Origin: an uncultured Verrucomicrobiae bacterium
GTDB taxonomy: Bacteria; Verrucomicrobiota; Verrucomicrobiia; Palsa-1439
Reading direction: 5' to 3'
DNA: 64,000 nucleotides
Assembly: GCA_963713705.1 (NCBI GenBank)
Contig: CAVQMY010000006.1
Location: forward strand, 38,433-102,432
Shown here piece after piece: positions 17,388-24,814 of the stretch. Below the pieces are notes generated by a model. The model did not search any database and was not told where the DNA came from. It saw only the letters and a program-made list of their open reading frames with translations. How positions within the stretch are numbered: the first letter of the stretch is position 1; the number at the start of each line of letters is the position of its first letter. A program made the translations under genes and the position numbers.

Positions 17388-17434
17388 GGTCAGTTCCATT
17401 CATCACGCAACTGCCGACGCGCCCATCGCCTCAC
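17388..17434. repeat. 47-bp imperfect direct repeat, copy B
   Basis: See copy A. It lies 60 bp upstream of the codA start. Confidence 0.7.
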
Positions 17435-17493
17435 AAAAACATTCTTCCCCTTCCCCGTCCGCCCGTTACAATGCCGCCCGAACGGAGACGCTC

Positions 17494-18816
17494 ATGGACC
17501 TGATTCTTCGCAACGCTCGCATACGCGGACACGACAATACCGTCGACATCGCCATCAACAACGGCCTCATCGCCAAAATCGAGTCCTCGAGAAGCCGAGG
17601 GGTCAGGGCGGCAATCGCTCCCAAAATCACCGCGCGTCCCAGACAAGTGATCGACTGCGCCGGGAAACTCGTTTCGCCGCCCTTCACGGACATCCATGTC
17701 CACCTCGACGCCGTGCTCACGGTTGGACAACCCCGTTTCAATCAAACCGGCACACTCATCGAAGGCATCGAGATTTGGTCGGAACGCAAGAAGACGCTCA
17801 CATTCGATGATGTAAAACGCCGCGCCGCGCTCGCCGTGAAATGGGAACTCGCCCATGGCGTCACCCGCATCCGCAGCCACGTCGATGTCTGCGATCCCGA
17901 ACTCACCGCTGTGAGGGCGTTGCTGGAAGTGAAAAAGGAATTTGCCGGGCTCGTGGACATCCAACTCGTCGCGTTTCCGCAGGACGGCATCTACGCCTTC
18001 CCCAACGGCGAGCGCCTCATGGAACAGGCCATGGAACTCGGTTGTGACATCGTCGGTGGTATTCCCCACCACGAAATGACCCGCGACGACGGCGTGGCCG
18101 ACGTGAAATTCGCCTGCGACCTCGCCCAGCAATTTCAAGCAAAACTCGATCTGCACATCGACGAGACCGATGACCCGAACTCGCGGTTCACCGAAGTTCT
18201 CGCCGCCGAGACGATCAAGCGCGGCCTGAACGGACGCGTCACCGCCAGTCACACGACTTCCATGCATAGTGTGGACAATGCGTACGCATTCAAACTTATT
18301 CGCCTGATCAAACGCGCCGGCCTGCACATGGTCACCAATCCATGCGACAACTCCGTCCTCCAGGGACGTTTCGACACATACCCGAAACGCCGCGGTCACA
18401 CCCGCGTGAAAGAGCTTCTCGCCGCCGGCGTCAACGTCGGTATCGGCCATGATTCGATCATGGACCCGTGGTACCCGCTTGGTGTTGGCGATCCCGTGCA
18501 AGTCGCCTTCGTCTGGATTCACTACGGACAGATGAGCGGCGCCAGCGAAATCCCGCAGGTCTGGGACATGATTACAACGAACCCCGCACGCGCCTTCGGC
18601 GCCACCGACAAAACCTACGGCATCACCGTCGGCAATCCCGCCGATCTCGTCCTTCTCGACGCCGAATCCGAATTCGACGCCCTCCGCCGCATCGCCCCCC
18701 GCTTGATGGTCATCAATCGGGGCCAAATCATCGCCCGCACCACCCCCGGCGAAACCGTCCTCTGCGCCAAGGGTTGGAAAAAGGAAGTGATTACGTTCGA
18801 CCCGGCACACCGGTAG
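17494..18816 (+). CDS. codA: cytosine deaminase
   Basis: Collinear with E. coli CodA as I recall it: PPFTDIHVHLDAVLTVGQPRFNQTGTLIEGIEIWSERK ... RIRSHVDV ... IQLVAFPQDGI ... DLHIDETDD ... VTASHTTSMHS ... GRFDTYPKRRGHTRVKELL ... IGHDSIMDPWYPLG. Confidence 0.9.
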   Translation: MDLILRNARIRGHDNTVDIAINNGLIAKIESSRSRGVRAAIAPKITARPRQVIDCAGKLVSPPFTDIHVHLDAVLTVGQPRFNQTGTLIEGIEIWSERKKTLTFDDVKRRAALAVKWELAHGVTRIRSHVDVCDPELTAVRALLEVKKEFAGLVDIQLVAFPQDGIYAFPNGERLMEQAMELGCDIVGGIPHHEMTRDDGVADVKFACDLAQQFQAKLDLHIDETDDPNSRFTEVLAAETIKRGLNGRVTASHTTSMHSVDNAYAFKLIRLIKRAGLHMVTNPCDNSVLQGRFDTYPKRRGHTRVKELLAAGVNVGIGHDSIMDPWYPLGVGDPVQVAFVWIHYGQMSGASEIPQVWDMITTNPARAFGATDKTYGITVGNPADLVLLDAESEFDALRRIAPRLMVINRGQIIARTTPGETVLCAKGWKKEVITFDPAHR

Positions 18817-18846
18817 GGCGAGCGTCCCGCTTGCCGCCGTTTGGAG

Positions 18847-18866
18847 GGTCGAGCTTCCGCTCGACC
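18847..18866 (+). terminator. GC-rich hairpin after codA
   Basis: GGTCGAGC-TTCC-GCTCGACC, a perfect 8-bp stem starting 31 nt after the codA stop. There is no clear T-tract. Confidence 0.4.
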
Positions 18867-18907
18867 GCAATAGCATCTATTGAGTCCTGCATAATATAGT
18901 TAGTATT

Positions 18908-19916
18908 TCACCACAGTTCCGCCTGCTTCCAGAAGGCGGCGATCAGCCCGGGGCGACGGCGCATCCGGCGCAGCGCCCGGGTGGCCATGAGGCTCAGTTC
19001 CCAGCCGTGTTGGGCGCAGAAGTTCGCCAATTCGTGCTGCTTGAGGTGGCCCCAGATGTACTCGGCGGGGTTCAGTTCCGGCGCGTAGGCGGGTAAGTAT
19101 TCCAAGTGGACGCGCTGGCCCAGCGTGCCGATGAAGTCACGGACCGCCCGACTGCGGTGGATGCCGGCACCGTCCCAGACAATCAACAGTCGCCCGGACA
19201 GATGGCGCAGCAGATGCCGCAGGAACTCGATGACTTGGGGGCTCTTGATGGCGCCGTCGAAGAGCTGAAAGTAGAAGTTCCACAGGGTCAGCCCGGCCAC
19301 GACCGAGAACTTCTTCCAGTTGAAGTGGTGCTGCAGGACGGGCGTGCAGCCGCGGGGTGCCCAGGTGCGGACGCGGTGCGGCTGTTGGCTCAACCCGCTC
19401 TCGTCGATGAAAACGATCAGCCGGCCTTCGCGGAGCGCTTTTTTTAATATCCGGCCAGCGCTGGCGCTTCCAGCAGCGGATCGCCGGCTCGTTGCGTTCC
19501 AAGGCGCGACCGACGGGTCGCTGGCAACTCCAGCCCAGCTTCTGGAGCAGGCGATAAACGTGATCGGCATGAAACCGCACCCCGGTTTGCCGTTCGATGA
19601 GGTCGGCGATGCGCGGGGCCGTCCACAACGGCGTGTCGTAGCCGAGGGCCTGCGGTCCCTGACGGAGTGCCAGTTCGATCTGGTGGAGTTGGGCGGAGCC
19701 GAGTCGGGGTTTGCGACCGGCGCGTCCGGCCTTCTTCAGGCCGTCGGTCCCCTGCGCCTGCCAGACGGCGTACCAGCGCCCACTGGATTGGGCGCTGACA
19801 CCCAAGCGTCGGGCGACGGCGGCCTTGCCGAGACCACGAGCGAAAAGTTTGGCCGCACGGAAGCGGCGCTGTTGGAGTTGGTCAAAGTCGCGCTTCAATC
19901 CTTTGAGGTGTCCCAT
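18908..19916 (-). CDS. IS630-family transposase, two frames joined by a probable programmed -1 frameshift
   Basis: OrfA has an HTH part (GLGKAAVARRLGVSAQSSGRWY ... LWTAPRIADLIE). OrfB has the DDE part (LIVFIDESG ... IVWDGAGIHRS ... LEYLPAYAPELNPAEYIW). The frames overlap at an A7 run, giving ...WPDIKKKALREG... Confidence 0.85.
19439..19445 (-). other. A7 slippery run (T7 on the plus strand) at the orfA/orfB junction of the IS630 transposase
   Basis: Read directly. It sits at the point where the two transposase frames overlap. Confidence 0.6.
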
Positions 19917-19976
19917 ACTACCTTCGACACCGCAACCCCCAATAGCGTTCACTATATTATACAGGACTCAATAGAC

Positions 19977-20048
19977 AGAAGCGTGGCTCCTCAGAAGCTT
20001 GCCCGCGCCCTCTTAAACAGTATATTAAAACAAGCGGAGCTAAAATGA
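19977..20048 (+). pseudogene. hicA: hicA toxin gene remnant (last ~23 codons only)
   Basis: RSVAPQKLARALLNSILKQAELK resembles the conserved HicA C-terminus (...GTLRSILKQAGL). The stop overlaps the hicB ATG (ATGA). The 5' part is missing and the break coincides with the IS630 right end. Confidence 0.55.
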
Positions 20049-20260
20049 CGAAGTACCTTATTGTGGTGGAAAAGACGGCAACGGGCTACTCGGCTTTCTC
20101 GCCCGATCTACCCGGCTGCATTGCCACCGGCGGATCGCGTGATGAAGTCGAAAAGACCATGCGCGAGGCTGTTCAATTCCATCTCGACGGTCTGCGCGAA
20201 GAAGGTCTCGACGTCCCCGCTCCACACAGCTACTCCACGTACTGTGAACTTCCCGCCTGA
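20045..20260 (+). CDS. hicB: HicB-family antitoxin (UPF0150)
   Basis: YLIVVEKTATGYSAFSPDLPGCIATGGSRDEVEKTMREAVQFHLDGLREEGLDVPAP is the typical HicB N-domain. Confidence 0.85.
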   Translation: MTKYLIVVEKTATGYSAFSPDLPGCIATGGSRDEVEKTMREAVQFHLDGLREEGLDVPAPHSYSTYCELPA

Positions 20261-20294
20261 CGCTCGCTGCCAAATCGTCACTCGCACCACTCTG

Positions 20295-21203
20295 CTAATC
20301 CGGCGCCACTCGTCGGGAACTTGGCAGCGGCGCGACGTAGCCGGTGGTGAGCAGAGCGCGCACTTCGGAGTCCAGCACGTACGGCGGATCAAGTTGCGGA
20401 TCGCGTTCGGGCAACAACGTGTCCACACCCAGCCCTTCGTCGCGCAACGCCTGACCGTAGCTCAACGGGTCCTGCGGGTCCTTCACTTTCAAATTCATGG
20501 CCCGCGCACACGCCACGTACACGTCGTCCACTGTCGCACATGTTCCGAGCTGCCAACCGTGCAGCGGTTCGACGGCGAGTTTCGCCAACCTCTTCATGTA
20601 ATCATCGGGTGTGGCTTGGTCCGTCATCTTCAAATCCATTGCCCGCCCCAACATGACCGCAAATTGTTCCTGGTGCAGGCAGGTTTCCCGCGTGCGCACC
20701 ACGGTCCGCCGAACCGGCGGAAGCCCTGCCGGCCGCGGTGTGATCTTGATATCGACGCTGCTGTTCGTGACTCCCGTAGGCGCCTCGTTGGTCGGCGTCG
20801 TCTTGAGCGTGACGCTGGTCGCGCAACTCTCCGCCTCCAGCAGCAGCTTTTCCGCGCGCCCGCAACACAGCTTCACACTGCCGGCGTAACCATCCGCTGC
20901 CGCCGCCTCATCCGATTTGACCGCCTTGTGAAGGTTCTTCTGCGCGCCGAGAGTCAATTCCAGCAACCCCTTGATCTTCAGCACGCGCGAATGAATGCAA
21001 TCGACGAAAGCAACCTGATCCGGCGGAGCGGCCTCTTCCAGCTTGACCGCCTCGTCGCGAATTGCCTGCAACCGCAGAACGCACGCGTCGGCATCTTTCA
21101 CGGCTGCCGCGATGTCATTGGTGGACAACTGGGCGGACGCCACCTGGTGCCCGAGCACCATGGCAAGTGCGATCATCCCCGCCAACCGTCGCGTTCTTCG
21201 CAT
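20295..21203 (-). CDS. hypothetical secreted protein
   Basis: Signal peptide MRRTRRLAGMIALAMVLGHQVASA. Composition is ordinary and I recognise no family. The opposite-strand 385-aa ORF is Arg-rich junk. Confidence 0.5.
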   Translation of the reverse strand: MRRTRRLAGMIALAMVLGHQVASAQLSTNDIAAAVKDADACVLRLQAIRDEAVKLEEAAPPDQVAFVDCIHSRVLKIKGLLELTLGAQKNLHKAVKSDEAAAADGYAGSVKLCCGRAEKLLLEAESCATSVTLKTTPTNEAPTGVTNSSVDIKITPRPAGLPPVRRTVVRTRETCLHQEQFAVMLGRAMDLKMTDQATPDDYMKRLAKLAVEPLHGWQLGTCATVDDVYVACARAMNLKVKDPQDPLSYGQALRDEGLGVDTLLPERDPQLDPPYVLDSEVRALLTTGYVAPLPSSRRVAPD

Positions 21204-21340
21204 GGACCCGCAGTGTAGCGGGGACGGGCAAAAGCGCAAGCAGGTCGTGGCCGGTCGATTCGCGTCACAAAGTTTTGAATGTGCCAGCTCCTGCCGTGTC
21301 TAATGGGCAAACGTCGCCCATCGGCCTTTTTCGTTGAAAC

Positions 21341-22225
21341 ATGCGAAATCCGTTCCTATACTCGCCTCATCGTGGCGTTGTGAAAAAACTGACGGCAATT
21401 TTTGTCTCTCTTGTGGCGTTGGCAGGCATGACTTGGGCCAATGACGCCGATTCAGTCCCGTTTGCCGTGGGCGAAAAGCTCACCTATCAGGTTTTTTGGG
21501 GCCCCTTCGTCGTCGGGCGCGCGACCTTGGAGGTGACGGCCATCGAACCGATTGACGGACATAACTGCTATCACCTGGTCGCCAAGGCCAAAACCAGCGG
21601 GCTGATTGACCTGTTGTTCCCGATCGATAGCACGGCCGAAAGCTGGCTGGATTGCGACGGCCTGTTCTCGCGCCGATATCGCGAAGACCGCACCGAAGGT
21701 AACCGCCATCGCAACACGGAGTCGCACTACGATTACGCCGCCAAGGAAACCGTCGTCACCAATTGCCTGAATGGCAAGCAACGCCACGTGTTGCTTGACC
21801 AGCCGGTCCAAGACGTCGTCTCGTCGCTCTACGTCGTGCGCACGAAGAAACTCCTGCTGGATTCCGACCAGATGTTTGCCATCAACGCCGATACCTCGAC
21901 GTACAACGTCACCATCCACCCCGACGAACGCAAATTGATTTGGGTGAAGCCCTTCGGTGACGTTCAGGCCTTGCGCATCGAACCCAGCCCGACCCTCAGC
22001 GTTGTCTCCGCCAACAACGGGCGCATGTGGTTCTGGATCAGTGATGATGCGCGGCACCTGCCCCTGCTCGTCAACTCCGAGCTGAAGTTCGGCAGCGCAA
22101 AACTGGTCCTCTTCAGCGTGGTCACCGGCAAGGCCCCGTCCGCCACGGCGAGTAAGAATGGCGTCGCCTCCAGTTTCCCGTCACCGCTGGCATCGAATGC
22201 CGGCTCACCCGAGCCTACGCGCTGA
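21341..22225 (+). CDS. DUF3108 domain protein
   Basis: Signal-like N-terminus, then FAVGEKLTYQVFWGPFVVGRATLEV ... and C-terminal LKFGSAKLVL, the pattern I associate with DUF3108. Confidence 0.6.
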   Translation: MRNPFLYSPHRGVVKKLTAIFVSLVALAGMTWANDADSVPFAVGEKLTYQVFWGPFVVGRATLEVTAIEPIDGHNCYHLVAKAKTSGLIDLLFPIDSTAESWLDCDGLFSRRYREDRTEGNRHRNTESHYDYAAKETVVTNCLNGKQRHVLLDQPVQDVVSSLYVVRTKKLLLDSDQMFAINADTSTYNVTIHPDERKLIWVKPFGDVQALRIEPSPTLSVVSANNGRMWFWISDDARHLPLLVNSELKFGSAKLVLFSVVTGKAPSATASKNGVASSFPSPLASNAGSPEPTR

Positions 22226-22226
22226 C

Positions 22227-23174
22227 ATGGAGTTTCCCCCACTCGATTTCGACCGCGTGCGCACGTACCCGATCCGCGAGCGCCCCAACAAGGTCCATCT
22301 CGACGAGTTGGCGAGCGCCTGGAAGCCCGGCGGGTCCTTCGCCCAATTCTTCGAGTCGCTACCCCACATCCTCACCGGCAATGATTTCCGCGCGATCGTC
22401 GACGCCACCGTTTCCGCGGTCCGCCATCACCGGCCGGTCGTGGTGATGATGGGCGCGCACACCATCAAGTGCGGCCTGAACCCGATTTTCCTCGATCTCA
22501 TGAAGCGCGGCGTCATCTCCGCGATCGCGTTCAACGGCGCCGGCGCCATCCACGATTTCGAGTTGGCCTACATCGGCGAGACCAGCGAAGACGTTCAGCG
22601 CGGGCTCGACGATGGCAGTTTTGGCATGATCGACGAGACCGGCCGCCTCATGAATCAGGCGCTGGCCGATGGCGTGAAACAGGGGGTCGGGGCCGGCCGC
22701 GCACTCGGGGAAGCCATCGTCACCGGTCAGTTCCGCAACCGCGAGTTGAGCCTCTTGCACCAGGGCGTTGTCGGCAAAATTCCGGTCACCGTCCATATCG
22801 CCATCGGCACCGACATCATCCATCAGCACCCCACCACCGATGGCGGCGTGCTCGGCGAGGCCAGCTACCTCGATTTCCAAAAGTTCGCGTCCGTGGTCGC
22901 TCAGCTCGAAGGCGGCATTGTATTCAATATCGGCTCGGCGGTCATCCTGCCGGAATTGTTCCTGAAAGCGCTCACCATCGCCCGCAACCTCGGCCACACA
23001 GTGGAGAACTTCACCACCGTCACCTTCGACATGATCCGCCAATATCGTCCCCAGGAAAACGTCGTCCGCCGCCCCACGCACAAGGGTGGCCACGGCTACT
23101 ACATCATCGGCCACCACGAACTGCTCGTGCCGCTCTGGGCCGCCGCCACCGTGGAACAACTCACATCCAAATGA
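22227..23174 (+). CDS. deoxyhypusine-synthase-like (DHS-like NAD-binding fold) family protein, tentative
   Basis: Blocks VVVMMGAHTIKCGLNP, ISAIAFNGAGAIHDFELAYIGETSEDV and GSFGMIDETG resemble bacterial DHS-like proteins. The start is moved to the ATG at 22227, just after the DUF3108 stop. The product name is uncertain. Confidence 0.4.
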   Translation: MEFPPLDFDRVRTYPIRERPNKVHLDELASAWKPGGSFAQFFESLPHILTGNDFRAIVDATVSAVRHHRPVVVMMGAHTIKCGLNPIFLDLMKRGVISAIAFNGAGAIHDFELAYIGETSEDVQRGLDDGSFGMIDETGRLMNQALADGVKQGVGAGRALGEAIVTGQFRNRELSLLHQGVVGKIPVTVHIAIGTDIIHQHPTTDGGVLGEASYLDFQKFASVVAQLEGGIVFNIGSAVILPELFLKALTIARNLGHTVENFTTVTFDMIRQYRPQENVVRRPTHKGGHGYYIIGHHELLVPLWAAATVEQLTSK

Positions 23175-24178
23175 ACGCCAACCGCCTCCGTCATATCCTC
23201 GCCGGTTTCCCGCGACAACGCATCCTCGTTGTCGGCGATGTCATGCTCGACCGCTTTCTCTGGGGGAAAGTGTCGCGCATCTCGCCCGAGGCTCCCGTGC
23301 CCGTGGTCGAAATCAACCGCGAATCGCTCTTCCCTGGCGGCGCCGCCAATGTCGCCCGCAACCTCCGCGCTTTGGGTTCGTCGGTCTCCATCCTCGGCGT
23401 GCTGGGAGACGATAACACCGGCGATGATTTGCGGGAATTGCTCGATCAACAGGGCGTTAGCACGGATGGATTGATCGTTGACCCCAACCGTCCCACGACC
23501 CTCAAGACCCGCATTGTCGCCCACGGCCAGCAGGTGGTGCGGTTTGACCGGGAAAAGTGCGCTGACCTGCCCCCCCAGATCGAGCGCAAGGTGTTGGAAC
23601 ATTTTGAGTCGCGCCTGGAGAACGTTTCCGCCGTGATCTTCGAGGATTATGCCAAGGGCCTTCTGTCCCAGAGGCTGCTCAATGCCATGCAACGGCTGGC
23701 CCACCAGGCCCACAAAGTCACGGCGGCGGACCCGAATTCTCGCAGCCGCATCCGCTACTCCGGCTTGACGGCGGTGACCCCCAATCGGTCCGAGGCGTTT
23801 GCCGCCGCCGGCCTGCCACATACCGAACCCGCGGACAACGTCCTGCACGATGAAGCCCTCCTGCGCGTGGGACAAGCGCTCTTGCGGACGTGGAAACCCC
23901 GCAACCTTCTGGTCACGCTTGGCGAAGATGGCATGTGCCTGTTTCGGCCCGACAAGAAACCGCACCACATTCCCACCGTCGCGCAGGAAGTCTTTGATGT
24001 GTCCGGCGCCGGCGATACGGTCATTGCCACCCTGGTGCTGGCGCTGGCGGCGAAGGCCGACGCGGTGGACGCCGCGGAAATCTCGAATCACGCCGCGGGT
24101 GTGGTGGTCGGCAAGGTCGGCACAGCGACGTGCTCGCCAGAAGAATTGATCGCCAGCTTCCTCCGCAACCGGCACTGA
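23171..24178 (+). CDS. D-glycero-beta-D-manno-heptose-7-phosphate kinase (RfaE domain I / HldA-type, PfkB family)
   Basis: ILVVGDVMLDRFLWGKVSRISPEAPVPVV ... FPGGAANVARNL ... C-terminal DVSGAGDTVIATL. The ATG overlaps the upstream stop (ATGA). The ORF-track N-terminal extension from 22469 is Arg/Pro-rich and is rejected. Confidence 0.8.
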   Translation: MNANRLRHILAGFPRQRILVVGDVMLDRFLWGKVSRISPEAPVPVVEINRESLFPGGAANVARNLRALGSSVSILGVLGDDNTGDDLRELLDQQGVSTDGLIVDPNRPTTLKTRIVAHGQQVVRFDREKCADLPPQIERKVLEHFESRLENVSAVIFEDYAKGLLSQRLLNAMQRLAHQAHKVTAADPNSRSRIRYSGLTAVTPNRSEAFAAAGLPHTEPADNVLHDEALLRVGQALLRTWKPRNLLVTLGEDGMCLFRPDKKPHHIPTVAQEVFDVSGAGDTVIATLVLALAAKADAVDAAEISNHAAGVVVGKVGTATCSPEELIASFLRNRH

Positions 24179-24184
24179 GACCCG

Positions 24185-24814
24185 TTAGCTGCGAACGGCG
24201 GGCTCGTTGACTTTCAGACGCTCCAACTCCGGCTTCACGATTTTATCGCGGCATTCCGGACAGATGCCGTGCGTGAATTGCGCTTCGGAATGGTCGGCAA
24301 TGTAGGTGTCCACCTGCTGCCAGTAGTTCTGGTCGTTGCGAATCTTTTTGCAGTAGCAACAGATGGGCAACAATCCCTGCAACAGTTTGACGTTGGTCAG
24401 CGCGAGTTCCAACTCTTTGACGCGGGCCGCCAGTTCCGCTTGCAGTCGGAGAATGCGTTCGCCGGCATTGATCCGGGCCTTCAATTCCGAGCGATCGAAT
24501 GGCTTGATGATATAATCGTCCGCTCCCGCTGTCAGACCCTGGACAATGTCTTCCTTGCGGCCCTTGGCCGTGAGCAGAATGATGTACAGCAGCCGGTCCG
24601 CTCCCAGGCTCCGCGCCCGACGGCACACTTCCGCGCCATCCATGCCCGGCATCATCCAGTCCAGAACCGCCAACGACGGCGCGTCGGGCTGGCTCAGCAC
24701 GTCGAAGGCCTGGATCCCATCCGTGGTGCTGATGACCTCGTAACCCCATTTGGCGAGGGTGGCTTCCAGCAGATGGCGCGACACCGTGTCGTCTTCGGCA
24801 ATCAGGATTCGCAC
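24185..24814 (-). CDS. response regulator: receiver domain plus C-terminal Cys-rich (PICxxCKKIR...GICPEC) domain
   Basis: MRILIAEDD ... [10 protein letters not shown] ... DDYIIKPF, then a coiled segment and [41 protein letters not shown]. Confidence 0.85.
   Translation of the reverse strand: MRILIAEDDTVSRHLLEATLAKWGYEVISTTDGIQAFDVLSQPDAPSLAVLDWMMPGMDGAEVCRRARSLGADRLLYIILLTAKGRKEDIVQGLTAGADDYIIKPFDRSELKARINAGERILRLQAELAARVKELELALTNVKLLQGLLPICCYCKKIRNDQNYWQQVDTYIADHSEAQFTHGICPECRDKIVKPELERLKVNEPAVRS

Larger units (their letters stand above)
18877..19974 (-). mobile_element. IS630-family insertion sequence (~1.1 kb)
   Basis: 24-bp terminal IRs CTATTGAGTCCTGCATAATATAGT (18877-18900) and ACTATATTATACAGGACTCAATAG (19951-19974) with one mismatch. 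TA dinucleotides at 18879-80 and 19972-73 fit the TA target duplication of IS630/Tc1. Confidence 0.85.

Noticed and set aside
17431-18876. 481-aa minus-strand ORF covering the whole codA region
   Set aside because: The plus-strand frame aligns block by block with E. coli CodA. The antisense ORF is Gly/Asp/Ala/Val-rich with no motifs, a typical high-GC shadow ORF.
20061-21218. 385-aa plus-strand ORF overlapping hicB and the 20295-21203 gene
   Set aside because: It is Arg/His/Gln-rich with no motif. The minus-strand partner has a clean signal peptide and normal composition.
22469-23170. N-terminal 234-codon extension of the heptose kinase ORF
   Set aside because: The extension is Arg/Pro/His-rich and overlaps the DHS-like gene in another frame. 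The kinase homology begins at the ATG at 23171, which overlaps the upstream stop.
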